DNA of 64,000 nucleotides from Acidimicrobiales bacterium (GTDB lineage: Bacteria; Actinomycetota; Acidimicrobiia; Acidimicrobiales; BPGG01): NCBI GenBank assembly GCA_026002915.1, contig BPGG01000001.1, forward strand, positions 597,468 to 661,467. Direction: 5' to 3'. The number at the start of each line of letters is the position of its first letter. Position 1 is the stretch's first letter. The position numbers were made by a program, and so were the translations under genes. Positions 35,312 through 45,011 of the stretch are shown here, piece by piece. A model generated the notes under the pieces. It made no database searches and was not told the origin of the DNA. It saw nothing but the letters and a program-made list of their open reading frames with translations.

Positions 35312-36571
35312 GTGAGCGACAAGGTCCTCTTCGTCGGTCAGGGATACGTCGGACTGCCCGTGGCCATGAGGGCGGTCGAATGCGGTTTCCGTGTGGTGGG
35401 CCTGGACTCGGACGAACGCAGGGTCGAGATGCTCGAACGCGGGGTCTCCCCGGTCGAGGACGTCTCGGACGACCGCCTCAGGAGTGCCTTGGCGAGCGGG
35501 CGTTACGAACCCACCGTCGATCCTCGCCGCGGGGAAGATTTCGACTTCGCGGTGATCTCCGTCCCGACACCCCTGAGAGACGGAGTGCCCGACCTGTCCC
35601 ACATCACCGACGCGTCGAGAACCGTCGGATCGATGTTGAGAGCCGGTTCATGCGTGATCCTCGAGTCGACGACGTGGCCGGGTACCACAGAAGAGGTGGT
35701 CGGCCCGATCCTGGAAGATTGCTCCGGCCTCGTCGTGGGCGACGACTTCCACCTCGGCTACAGCCCGGAGCGCATCGACCCCGGGAACCGGGAGTGGCCC
35801 TTCGAGCGCATACCCAAGGTCGTGTCGGGCGTCGACGAGGCGTCACTGAAGGCGGTCTGCGACTTCTACTCCCGACTGGTCGAGCGGATCGTCCCGGTCT
35901 CCGGATGCAAGGAGGCCGAACTCACGAAGCTGCTGGAGAACACCTTTCGTCACGTGAACGTCGCCCTGATGAACGAACTGGCGATGTTCGCCCACGACCT
36001 GGGGATCGACATCTGGGAGGCGATCGACGCTGCCGCGACGAAACCGTTCGGGTTCATGAGGTTCGAGCCGGGTCCCGGGGTCGGGGGACATTGTCTCCCC
36101 GTCGACCCCTCCTACCTCTCCTGGCGGGTGCGGACGAGCCTCGGAGAGACCTTCCGCTTCGTGGAGCTCGCAAACGACGTGAACGAGCACATGCCGTCCT
36201 ACGTCGTCGGACGGATAGTGCGATCCCTGAACGAACGGTCTCTACCCGTCAAGGGACGGCGTGTGCTCCTCCTCGGTATCGCCTACAAGAAGAACACGGG
36301 AGACGCCAGGGAGTCGCCCGCCCGGGGCGTGGCGAGGCACCTCCTCGAACTCGGCGCCGAAGTAGTGGCCGCGGATCCCCACGTCGACCCGGTCGAGTTC
36401 CCCGACGGAGTGGCCCCCGTGGACGCCACGCCCGAAGAGGTGTCCAAGGCAGACGTGGTGGTGCTGCTCGTCGACCACGACGCCTTCGCTCTCGACCAGA
36501 TCGTCGCGTCGGCGAAGTTCGTGTTCGACACCCGCCACAGAGTCTCGGGTGGCAACGTAGAGCACCTCTGA
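35312..36571 (+). CDS. Nucleotide-sugar 6-dehydrogenase (UDP-GlcNAc/UDP-ManNAc dehydrogenase type; WbpA/WecC-like)
   Basis: 419-aa ORF. GGAGG precedes GTG 35312. N-terminal VGQGYVGLPVA and the catalytic Cys block GVGGHCLPVDPSYL. Confidence 0.85.
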   Translation: MSDKVLFVGQGYVGLPVAMRAVECGFRVVGLDSDERRVEMLERGVSPVEDVSDDRLRSALASGRYEPTVDPRRGEDFDFAVISVPTPLRDGVPDLSHITDASRTVGSMLRAGSCVILESTTWPGTTEEVVGPILEDCSGLVVGDDFHLGYSPERIDPGNREWPFERIPKVVSGVDEASLKAVCDFYSRLVERIVPVSGCKEAELTKLLENTFRHVNVALMNELAMFAHDLGIDIWEAIDAAATKPFGFMRFEPGPGVGGHCLPVDPSYLSWRVRTSLGETFRFVELANDVNEHMPSYVVGRIVRSLNERSLPVKGRRVLLLGIAYKKNTGDARESPARGVARHLLELGAEVVAADPHVDPVEFPDGVAPVDATPEEVSKADVVVLLVDHDAFALDQIVASAKFVFDTRHRVSGGNVEHL

Positions 36572-36581
36572 GCGTGCGCCC

Positions 36582-38579
36582 GTGCAGTCGAACCTCGCAC
36601 ACGATCTGAGGGTCCTTGGGGCATGGGCGCCGTTGCGCGCCCTGTACGAACTGTCCAAGCAGCTCGGCGTCCAGCGGATCATCCATCGCCGAGAACCCGA
36701 CGCATCGAAGGTGTCCGATCCCTTGCGGTACGCCCCGAAGCACCTCCCGCCTGCGCCCGTTCCGCCGAGCGTCGCCTCCCGCACCTTGGAGGAGGCGGCC
36801 GAGATAGTGGAAGGACGAGTGTGGCTGTTCGGCCGACGGCTCGATGTGGGACACCCCCCGGACTGGCACGCCGTGCTGCACGCACCCGGAGCGTGGCCGC
36901 GGCACCCATGGTGGACGATCGACATCCGCTCACCTCGACGAGCAGGTGACGTCAAGTGGGTGTGGGAGCTCGCCCGACACAGGCATCTGGTGGTGCTCGC
37001 CCGGGCTGTCCATCTCGATCCCCGCGACGCACGCTGGCGGGAGGCGCTCCGTGTCCAGTTGGAGAGCTGGCTCGAGGCCAACCCTCCCGGGACGGGAGTG
37101 AACTGGTACTCGAATCTGGAGTTGGGTCTCCGTGCAGTGAGATGGGCGGAGATCTTGGCTCTGGCGGGCGCGCACCTCCCTCTCCCACTTCGCAAGCAGA
37201 TGGGCGTGCATCTCCGGGCAAGCCTCAAACAGATGCTCTCGGAGCTCCCCTACACGCTGTCGACCATGCGGAACAACCACCTCGTCGGCGACCTGGTCGG
37301 TATGGCCGCCTGCGCCCGGCTCTGCGGATCGAGGCGCCTTGCCCAGCTCGTCGACCGGATGCTCGTCGAATTCGCCTGCCGCTTCGTCCGCGAGGACGGA
37401 TCGAGCACCGAAGACTCGATCTCCTACCAGCGCTTCGTGCTCGAACAACTCTGCGCCTGGACGCTCCTCACCGGCAGGCGCGACCTGGTGCGCCGTTCGC
37501 TCGCCATCGCCGGATGGCTCTCGCGCATGGGTGCCCTCGAGGATCCGCCGCCGCCGTTCCTCGGAGACGACGACGACGGAAGGTTCCTCGTGGGCTCACC
37601 GACCGAGCGGGAAGTCGGGTCGTCCGCGCGCCTTGCTGCATGCCTGGCCGGAAGCGGCGCCGACGTGACGTGGAGGAACGACGGACTCCTCGGGTGGTAC
37701 GTGCCCGAAGGAGAGCCCGCGAACCTTCCCGACGCAGAGTCCGCCGGAGACAGGGTCGCTCCGGGTATCGCGCGGGTCCGGGTCGGCGAGACGGTCGTCT
37801 GGCTGAAGGGCGGAGGGGAGCGATCACACACGCACGCCGACCGCTGCTCCGTGCACGCCGTGGTGGCCGGCAGACTCGTCTCGGGCGACCCCGGCACCGG
37901 TACGTACAACGGGCCGGCGGAGGTGCGGGACTGGTTCCGGTCGTCCCGCGCCCATTCCGTACTCCTGGTGGAGGGAGAGGATCAGCTCGTCCCGCACCGG
38001 ACCTTCCGCTGGCTGTACGACGCGCAGGGGGACGTGGGGGAGCCGGTGCATCTCCGAGGAGGCTGGCGGATCGTCTGGGGTCACCACTCGGCCTACCTCC
38101 GTCAACGTCCGCCCCGCGAGGTGGTGAGAGCGGTGACGGTCTGCGAAACGTTCGTCGTGATCGGAGACTGGATCTCCGGCGGCGGCCGACCCCGCTGGGA
38201 GCTGGAGGTGGTCCTCCCACCCGGCGTCCCCTCCTCCGACGTGGGGCTCCCCGACCCGCTTCCGGAAGGATGGTCGGAGCCGGAGGCATCACATGAAGCC
38301 CTCTGGAGTGACCGCTACGGCTCATGGGGACCGACCTCGTCGCTGCGACTGCGAGGATGGGGTACGGGGCCGGTCGCCTGGTCCGTCGGCGACGGCCGGT
38401 CGCTGCCTACGCTCGAGGTGTGTCCAGGCGGAACCCTGGTGGTCGGGCGAAGAGTGGAGCTGCGGGTCGCCTGGGGCGCAACGCCGCGCCTAGTCGTGAC
38501 GGACAGGCGTGACGACCTGCAGATCGTCCTGCCGATCAGGGGGGAGCCGATCCGAGGTGAAGCGAGTGCCCAGAGCTGA
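36582..38579 (+). CDS. Heparinase II/III-like (alginate-lyase superfamily) protein
   Basis: 665-aa ORF. Central pattern NWYSNLELGLRAVRW...NNHLVGDLVG...SYQRFVLE and a C-terminal HTHADRCSVH block, matching my recollection of Hepar_II_III family proteins in O-antigen/capsule loci. Assigned by family resemblance only. Confidence 0.6.
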   Translation: MQSNLAHDLRVLGAWAPLRALYELSKQLGVQRIIHRREPDASKVSDPLRYAPKHLPPAPVPPSVASRTLEEAAEIVEGRVWLFGRRLDVGHPPDWHAVLHAPGAWPRHPWWTIDIRSPRRAGDVKWVWELARHRHLVVLARAVHLDPRDARWREALRVQLESWLEANPPGTGVNWYSNLELGLRAVRWAEILALAGAHLPLPLRKQMGVHLRASLKQMLSELPYTLSTMRNNHLVGDLVGMAACARLCGSRRLAQLVDRMLVEFACRFVREDGSSTEDSISYQRFVLEQLCAWTLLTGRRDLVRRSLAIAGWLSRMGALEDPPPPFLGDDDDGRFLVGSPTEREVGSSARLAACLAGSGADVTWRNDGLLGWYVPEGEPANLPDAESAGDRVAPGIARVRVGETVVWLKGGGERSHTHADRCSVHAVVAGRLVSGDPGTGTYNGPAEVRDWFRSSRAHSVLLVEGEDQLVPHRTFRWLYDAQGDVGEPVHLRGGWRIVWGHHSAYLRQRPPREVVRAVTVCETFVVIGDWISGGGRPRWELEVVLPPGVPSSDVGLPDPLPEGWSEPEASHEALWSDRYGSWGPTSSLRLRGWGTGPVAWSVGDGRSLPTLEVCPGGTLVVGRRVELRVAWGATPRLVVTDRRDDLQIVLPIRGEPIRGEASAQS

Positions 38580-40428
38580 CCAGCCGACCTCTCAGCCCCG
38601 GAGGTCACTTCTCCTCCTCCACCAGTTCGCCAACCCCTTGGGCAGCCCTGGGGGAACCAGACACGCGGAGCTGTTCGCCTTCATGGACGGCTGGCAGGCC
38701 ACCGTCGTGACCGGCGCGACGAACCTGTTCGACGGCGAGCCCCAACGGGGGCTGGGTCCCGGGTGGGTCACTGTACGAACTACGCCATACGGCCCTTCCG
38801 CACCTTCTCGGATCGCATCGTGGATCACCTGGGCTGCAGGCGCGGTCGCGAAGGGGATCCGCATGCCGCGCCCGGACGTCGTGTTCGCATCTTCTCCGCA
38901 GCTGCTGGCGGGTGCTGCGGGCGCCCTGCTCGCAGCGCGGTGGAGAGTGCCCTTCGTGTTCGAGGTGCGCGACCTGTGGCCGGACGTCCTCGTACACATG
39001 GGGACCATCCGACGAGGCGGGGCTCTGCACAGGTCTCTGGCAGCACTCGAACGTCGGTTGTACGAGAGAGCGAGCCTCGTCGTCTGCTTGGCAGAGGGAG
39101 TGGCCGAGGAGCTGCGGAGGCGTGGCGTGCCGGCGAGGAAGATCGCTTTCGTACCGAACGGAGCCGATCCCGACTCGATGAAGCCGCCGGCACCCAAGGA
39201 CATCCTGCGACGTCGCCTCGGTCTGCCTCCCGACAGACTGATCTTCGTCTATGCGGGCGCCCATGGGGTGGCCAACGGCCTCCACCTGCTCTTGGAAGCG
39301 GCCCGGGAGCTTGCCGGCAGTCACCCCGAAGCTCTCTTCGTCTTGGTGGGTGACGGGCCGGCCAAAGAGTCGCTCGTGAGACAGGCGGAGGAGATGCGGC
39401 TCACGAATGTCGTCTTCAGAGACCCACTGCCGAAGTCGGACGTTCCCGCTCTGCTCGGAGCCGTCGACGTGGGAGTGCACGTGTTGGCCGACGTCGAGCT
39501 CTTCAGGTGGGGAGTGAGCCCCAACAAGATCTTCGACTACATGGCAGCCGGACTGCCGATCGTGACGAACACCCCCGGAGAAGTCTCCGACATGGTCACC
39601 ACATCCGCGGCCGGCGTGGCCACCGCCCCCAGGGAGTTGGCATCTGGTCTCTCTCTCATGGCCGCACTCTCCGACGAGGAGCGTCGCTCCATGGGTGAGA
39701 GAGGAAGGAGGTGGCTCAGGGAGAACCGCGACCGGCGGACGCTCGCTTGCAAGATGCAGCGACTCCTGGACGACCTGGTCGACCAGGCGAACTGTGGGCG
39801 GCCGTACAGGGGGAAACGGTTGCTCGACTTGCTCCTGTTGATCGTCGTCTCGCCGGTGGCGATACCAATGGGTCTCCTCTGCGCGCTGGCCGTGAAGCTG
39901 ACCTCCCGCGGGCCGGTGCTGTTCAGACAGGAACGAGTCGGCATGGGGGGCGAGGTGTTCGAGGTGCTCAAGTTCCGCACGATGGTCCACTCCCAGAACC
40001 CGCTCTTCCCGGACCCCGACAGGATCACGCCAGTCGGTCGTGTCCTCCGCCGTACCTCACTCGACGAACTTCCACAACTTCTCAACGTCGCCCGGGGTGA
40101 GATGAGCATCGTCGGACCCAGACCGACGCTCCGATACCAGGTCGAGCGTTACACACCGCGTCAGAAGCGGCGGCTAGCGGTCAAGCCGGGGATCACGGGT
40201 CTGGCTCAGGTGAGCGGGCGGAACAGCCTCACGTGGTCTGAGCGAATCGAGCTGGACCTCGAGTACGTCGAACGACAGTCGCTCTGGCTGGACCTGAAGA
40301 TCCTCGCCAAGACACTCGGAGCGGTCGTCTCTGGCGGAGGGGTGGAAGGCCATCCACGTGACGACCCCATCGCGGCGCCGCCCTCCGACGCGGTGTCGGA
40401 GGGGCCCCACACTCCTCCCACGCGCTAG
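38557..40428 (+). CDS. Bifunctional GT4 glycosyltransferase (WbuB/WcaI-like) fused to a small monotopic phosphoglycosyl transferase (PglC/WbaP C-terminal type)
   Basis: Track ORF is 38509-40428. Start is probably GTG 38557 or 38566. Residues ~20-420 are GT4-like (FEVRDLWPD, GVSPNKIFDYMAAGLPIV). Residues ~430-620 form a Bac_transf domain (KRLLDLLLLIVVSPVAIP, GPVLFRQERVG, FEVLKFRTM, DELPQLLNV, MSIVGPRP). Confidence 0.8.
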   Translation: MKRVPRADQPTSQPRRSLLLLHQFANPLGSPGGTRHAELFAFMDGWQATVVTGATNLFDGEPQRGLGPGWVTVRTTPYGPSAPSRIASWITWAAGAVAKGIRMPRPDVVFASSPQLLAGAAGALLAARWRVPFVFEVRDLWPDVLVHMGTIRRGGALHRSLAALERRLYERASLVVCLAEGVAEELRRRGVPARKIAFVPNGADPDSMKPPAPKDILRRRLGLPPDRLIFVYAGAHGVANGLHLLLEAARELAGSHPEALFVLVGDGPAKESLVRQAEEMRLTNVVFRDPLPKSDVPALLGAVDVGVHVLADVELFRWGVSPNKIFDYMAAGLPIVTNTPGEVSDMVTTSAAGVATAPRELASGLSLMAALSDEERRSMGERGRRWLRENRDRRTLACKMQRLLDDLVDQANCGRPYRGKRLLDLLLLIVVSPVAIPMGLLCALAVKLTSRGPVLFRQERVGMGGEVFEVLKFRTMVHSQNPLFPDPDRITPVGRVLRRTSLDELPQLLNVARGEMSIVGPRPTLRYQVERYTPRQKRRLAVKPGITGLAQVSGRNSLTWSERIELDLEYVERQSLWLDLKILAKTLGAVVSGGGVEGHPRDDPIAAPPSDAVSEGPHTPPTR

Positions 40429-41524
40429 CGGACGCGTCTGCTCCCGTCTGCTACTTCGCGCAACACTCGTGCTAGCCCCAGCGCGTTCTCCTCCCACGTC
40501 ACCGGCCAACTCCACCGTCGAGGTCTCCGCGCGAACCGATTCGACATGAGTTCCCCGAGCGTCTCCACGTCCCCGACGCGGAAGTATTCAGCGTGCTCTC
40601 CGGCCACTTCCCGATGGGGTGGTATGTCAGACAACATGATCGGGCATCCGACCGAACCGGCCTCGGCGGGGGTGAGCGGGTGAGCCTCGAGTTCCGACGT
40701 CGACACGGCCGCCACCGCGTTCTCCAACAACCATCGGACCGCGGCGCGGTCTGCGAGGGAGCCGGTGAACACGAGACGGCGGCGCAGGGGGGCTGGGACC
40801 AGCGAGCGGAGAGCCGCCCTCCTCGCCGGCGCGATCTCACCGACCATGACCAGCCCTGGGACTTCCCCGTCGCCGCCCTCGCGAAGACGATGTGCGGCCA
40901 CCCATGCCCTGACACAGTCGTCGAGTCGCTTGTGGGGATAGTCGTTCGCAAGGGACAGGAAGAACCGTCGCGGTAGTGGTACACCATCAGGTGGATGTGC
41001 GGGTCCCTCCCATCCAGGCGCTCCGCTCTGCAACACCACGGCCTCCAGAGCCAGGCGAGGCGAGTCCACCGCCAGCTCGTCCCGCAGCGACTCGGATATG
41101 ACGACCAGGCGGTCCGCCCGTGCCATGGACAACCGCGACAGCGCGATCTTTGCCCTGCGGAGTGCTCCCCTGTTCTGGGGCAGGCGGCGTCCGCGACCTA
41201 CGTAATTGGGGTTCTGCAGCGTAAGCACGACGGGCACAGCCCTGATGCGGACCAGCGGACCGAAGTTGTTGGGGCAGTAGACGACGTCGGCCCGTCTCGA
41301 GGAGAGCACGAGCTGCTCGAGGAGGAAGCGACTAGGCACGTCGAACGCCGGGAGTGTCTTCACACGCGACCTAAGGCTGCTCGCCAGCTCCCGCGCGTTC
41401 CACGGTGAAGCGAGCACCTCCAACTCGAGATCCGGAGCGACTTTCTCCAGAGCCGCCAACTGAGATCTCGCATAGCTCAGCCCGCCTCCCACCCTCACGG
41501 CGCAGGCGTCGACCAAGACCCTCA
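40425..41524 (-). CDS. GT4-family glycosyltransferase
   Basis: Track ORF 40425-42134 is over-extended. Start is ATG 41524 (MRVLVDACAV), preceded by GGAGG. C-terminal GT4 block STSELEAHPLTPAEAGSVGCPIMLSD. Its 3' end overlaps the convergent gene by 4 nt. Confidence 0.75.
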
Positions 41525-41576
41525 TCGACCTCCACTCCACGTTCCGGACGGGCTCGGCGGGTACGCTGCGAGGGCG

Positions 41577-42500
41577 GTGCGCCTCCCCGACCCTCTGCAA
41601 GTGCCCTTGACGATCATCACACATCCGGCCAACCGGGGGCGAAGAGCCCGCGCACTGGCCCGTGGCCTCGGCTGGCAGATCTGGCAGCGGACGGTTCGCC
41701 GACCGATCGACGTGGTCGTGCCGGGGACGGGTCACCTGATGACGGTGCATCCGCACGCCACTTCCGAGACTCCCCTGCTCTACTGGGGTCTCCCCGAATG
41801 GTGGGAGATGAGCTTCGCCTCGACCTGGCTGCGTCCCGGGGACGTCTTCGTGGACGTCGGAGCACACTCTGGAGCCTTCACCTTGGTCGCTGCGGCCGTT
41901 CCTCGAGTGCGTGTCTTCGCATACGAGCCCTCCTCTGCGGCGTTCCGCAGACTGGAGCGAAACGTAGAAGCCAATCTCCTGTCCGACCGGGTGGTGCTGC
42001 GCAGACGCGCAGTCGGCTCGTCCCACGGCCGGGTGGAGATAACCACCACGTTGGACACCCGGAACAAGGTCGTCACCGCACGTCCGGGTGAACCAGAACG
42101 GGGTGAAGACGACGCGTCGGGGTTCGACGTGCACCCCACAGAGCCGGTAGAGATGGTCACCCTGGACGCCGAGCTGGGTACCGCCGAGACCGTCTCGCTA
42201 ATAAAGATCGACACGGAGGGCTCGGAGGCGGGAGTGGTCGCCGGAGCCGAGCGGGTACTCGCCAGGTGGCGACCAGCGGTGCTCTGCGAGGAGAACGGCC
42301 ATGATGCGGCGGAGCTGCTGGAGACGCTCGGCTATCGACGTTTCCACTACGACCCGAGACTCCACCTGGTGAAGCCCGGCAGACCGGCCGGCAAGCTCGA
42401 GCGGAATTCCCTCTGGTTGGCGGACTTGGCCGCGGCCAGGCACAGACTCGGTCCGTCTGCGGTGCCCCCGGAGCTAGAGGTTTCGGCTTCGCGGTGCTGA
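41577..42500 (+). CDS. FkbM-family SAM-dependent methyltransferase
   Basis: 307-aa ORF with FVDVGAHSGAFT (SAM-binding) and LIKIDTEGSEAGV, the characteristic FkbM blocks. Confidence 0.8.
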   Translation: MRLPDPLQVPLTIITHPANRGRRARALARGLGWQIWQRTVRRPIDVVVPGTGHLMTVHPHATSETPLLYWGLPEWWEMSFASTWLRPGDVFVDVGAHSGAFTLVAAAVPRVRVFAYEPSSAAFRRLERNVEANLLSDRVVLRRRAVGSSHGRVEITTTLDTRNKVVTARPGEPERGEDDASGFDVHPTEPVEMVTLDAELGTAETVSLIKIDTEGSEAGVVAGAERVLARWRPAVLCEENGHDAAELLETLGYRRFHYDPRLHLVKPGRPAGKLERNSLWLADLAAARHRLGPSAVPPELEVSASRC

Positions 42501-43573
42501 CCGTCCTCACCAACGCGCCCAGTCCCAACAATCGCGTGTTCTTCGCCGCGCTGGCGCGACTCGAGGAGGACTTCCTCGCCCTCTACGAGAGCGACCCGGC
42601 CGGCATCGGACGTCCATGGCGTCTCGGCCCGGGCCCGGAAGGCGTGATCGCCTCAGCGATTCGGGAGATGGCCATCCTCACCAGGCGGTCGGGGGACTTC
42701 ATCCTCTCCGGTGGGTGGAGTAATCCGCGGGAGATGATGCGCCTCCCAGCCTGCGCCCTCAGAGGTCGGACCCACTGGTGGGGAGAACGTCTCAGGCCTG
42801 CACGGGGAGCCAGGCGGATGGTGCGCCGCCGCTTCCTCCGGTCGATGGAATCGATATTCGCCATAGGGAGCTGGGCCGTCCCGGGCTACCGCGACGAGGC
42901 CGGCGCCGTGCCCATACATGTCTTTCCGTACGTGACTTCGGGAGACCCGTCCCGGCGGGAAATCGCAGACGAACCCACCTTCGGATTCGCCGGACAGCTC
43001 ATCGAACGAAAGGGCGTCGACCTCATTCTCGCCGCACTGGCAGAACTGGCTGCAGAAGGACTCCGGCCCGTGCTGGAGGTCGCCGGCAGCGGCCCTCTGG
43101 ATACGCAGCTCAGACGGTCGGCAGAACGCCTGGATGTACGGGTCAGGTGGTTGGGCGAACTCGACCAGCAGGACCTCGCACTGAGGCGCCGACGTTGGTG
43201 GGCCCAGGTCGTGCCCTCCCGATACGACGGATGGGGAGCCGTCGTATCCGAAGCCCTCGCAGACGGGGTACCCGTGCTCGCCTCCCCGTGGGTGGGAGCG
43301 GCTTGGGATCTGGTGCGAGACGGCTGGAACGGCGAGATCGTCCCCGAAGGATCCTGGAAGGCCGCACTCGAGCGATGGTGTGACCGTCGGCTGGTCGAAT
43401 CGGCGTCGGAGGCTGCGGCCGTGGTCGGCGAGGCTTTCGACGCCGAGCACGCCGCCACCTGGTTGTTGGAGGTCCTGAGAGAAGATCCCACCTGCGAACG
43501 CGACTTCGTGGCGGAGACCTGGCGGCGACTGGACGCCGCCACGTCGCGATCCGGTGAGTCGCCTGCCGGGTGA
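42494..43573 (+). CDS. GT4-family glycosyltransferase
   Basis: 359-aa ORF; the GTG start overlaps the FkbM stop by 7 nt. Blocks FAGQLIERKGVDL and PSRYDGWGAVVSEALADGVPVLAS. Confidence 0.75.
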   Translation: MLTVLTNAPSPNNRVFFAALARLEEDFLALYESDPAGIGRPWRLGPGPEGVIASAIREMAILTRRSGDFILSGGWSNPREMMRLPACALRGRTHWWGERLRPARGARRMVRRRFLRSMESIFAIGSWAVPGYRDEAGAVPIHVFPYVTSGDPSRREIADEPTFGFAGQLIERKGVDLILAALAELAAEGLRPVLEVAGSGPLDTQLRRSAERLDVRVRWLGELDQQDLALRRRRWWAQVVPSRYDGWGAVVSEALADGVPVLASPWVGAAWDLVRDGWNGEIVPEGSWKAALERWCDRRLVESASEAAAVVGEAFDAEHAATWLLEVLREDPTCERDFVAETWRRLDAATSRSGESPAG

Positions 43574-44987
43574 GGGTACGGGCACGGTGATCCCGGAGAG
43601 CTCCCCCAGCGAGCCACGACGTCGTCCGGCCCGCCAATCCGCGCGCCGCGAGTCCGCCGGCCGCGAGTCCGCGAGCCGCGACGTGTTGGTCACCACCGCG
43701 ACGAATCTCCTCGGCACCGCCGTCAACGTGGCGACGGGACTCTTGGTGGCCCGTCTCCTCGGCCCGACCGGCCGGGGCGAGCTGTCGGCGATAATGACCA
43801 TCCCGACACTGCTCGGCGCGCTCGCCACGCTCGGACTCCCCGAGGCGCTCGTCTGGGCCGCGGCAGCCGAACGAGAAAAGTCCGGACGCCTCCTAAGTAC
43901 GTGCCTTGTGCTCACTCTCGCAGCTTCGCTGATCTTCGCCGCCTTGGGATGGCTCCTACTGCCGGCCGCGCTGGCGAGCCAGGAACCCGAAGTGGTACGG
44001 GCCGCTCGCTTCTACCTTCTCCAGGTACCGGTGGCTGCGGTGATGAGCGTCGCGCCGCAGACGCTGCGGGCCCGTGGGGACTTCGTGGTGTGGAACGCCG
44101 TCCGCACGTGGTTCCCTCTGGCGTGGCTGCTCGTGCTCGTCGGATGGTCGTTCCCCGAGCACCGATCGGCGGCGGCGGTCGCAATGACCTTCGTCGCGGT
44201 GCGTGCCCTGCTCACCCCTGTGGCGCTGGGGATCTCCGTCCTGCGGTTGGACCGGCGAGATCTCAGGCCGGACCCGAGGCAGGTGAAGAGGTTGCTCCGG
44301 TTCGGTATCCCCAACGTGCTGGCGGTCCTCCCGACGATGATGAACGTGAGGCTCGACCAGGTGGTCATGGCGGCGGTACTCCCCGCACGTGAGCTAGGCC
44401 ACTACGCCGTCGCCGTCGCTTGGGGGACCCTCTCGCTTCCCGTGCTACTCGCCGTGGGTAACGTGCTGCTCCCTCGCCTGGCCGCAGAGGACGATCGCGC
44501 GCGGCGTCGGCGCATGTTGATCCGTGCGATCAGGGGAGGCATCGTGCTCTCCGGCGTGAGCGGCGCGTTGCTGGCGGCGAGTGCCCCCGTCGCGGTCCCG
44601 TTGCTGTTCGGCGAGGCCTTCGCTTCGGCCGTTCCCGCCGCGCTGATCCTGTGCCTCGCAGGAGCCGTACACTCGCTCAACTGGGTGCTGCGTGAAGCAG
44701 CCCGGGGTCTTGGTCGACCAGGGGCCGTTCTCCGCGCAGAGCTGACCGGTCTTGCGGTGACCGTCGTCGGCCTCGCGCTCCTGCTCCCCAGGTTCGATAT
44801 CGTCGGCGCAGCGTTGGCCACCGTCTTGGGATATGCGACGGTGTTCGCGGCACTGGTCAACCTGGTGGCCCACGCTGCAGGGATCTCCCTCTCCGAGGCC
44901 TTCGCTCTACGGGCATCGGATGTGACCATGCTCGTCGGATCGCTCCGGGAGGCGGTTCGGCTCAGAGGCGGTGCCCGGCGCTCTTGA
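43554..44987 (+). CDS. wzx: Oligosaccharide-unit flippase (Wzx, MOP superfamily)
   Basis: 477-aa polytopic ORF with a Wzx-like N-terminus (NLLGTAVNVATGLLVARLLGPTGRGEL). Alternative start at GTG 43587. Confidence 0.7.
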   Translation: MSRLPGEGTGTVIPESSPSEPRRRPARQSARRESAGRESASRDVLVTTATNLLGTAVNVATGLLVARLLGPTGRGELSAIMTIPTLLGALATLGLPEALVWAAAAEREKSGRLLSTCLVLTLAASLIFAALGWLLLPAALASQEPEVVRAARFYLLQVPVAAVMSVAPQTLRARGDFVVWNAVRTWFPLAWLLVLVGWSFPEHRSAAAVAMTFVAVRALLTPVALGISVLRLDRRDLRPDPRQVKRLLRFGIPNVLAVLPTMMNVRLDQVVMAAVLPARELGHYAVAVAWGTLSLPVLLAVGNVLLPRLAAEDDRARRRRMLIRAIRGGIVLSGVSGALLAASAPVAVPLLFGEAFASAVPAALILCLAGAVHSLNWVLREAARGLGRPGAVLRAELTGLAVTVVGLALLLPRFDIVGAALATVLGYATVFAALVNLVAHAAGISLSEAFALRASDVTMLVGSLREAVRLRGGARRS

Positions 44988-45011
44988 TTCGTCTCAGCCC
45001 TCTGCCGGCGA

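Noticed and set aside
35239-39990. Alternative-frame or antisense ORFs 35239-36609, 36242-37228, 36956-38296, 37468-38325 and 38605-39990
   Set aside because: They overlap the dehydrogenase, heparinase-like and GT4-PGT genes. The translations are dominated by R/G/P/A with no recognisable domains.
41525-42134. Upstream extension of ORF 40425-42134 (569 aa)
   Set aside because: The GT4 homology and a GGAGG-ATG start begin at 41524. The extension overlaps the FkbM gene on the opposite strand.
42653-43915. 420-aa minus-strand ORF
   Set aside because: It is antisense to a GT4 and the Wzx gene, with low-complexity composition.
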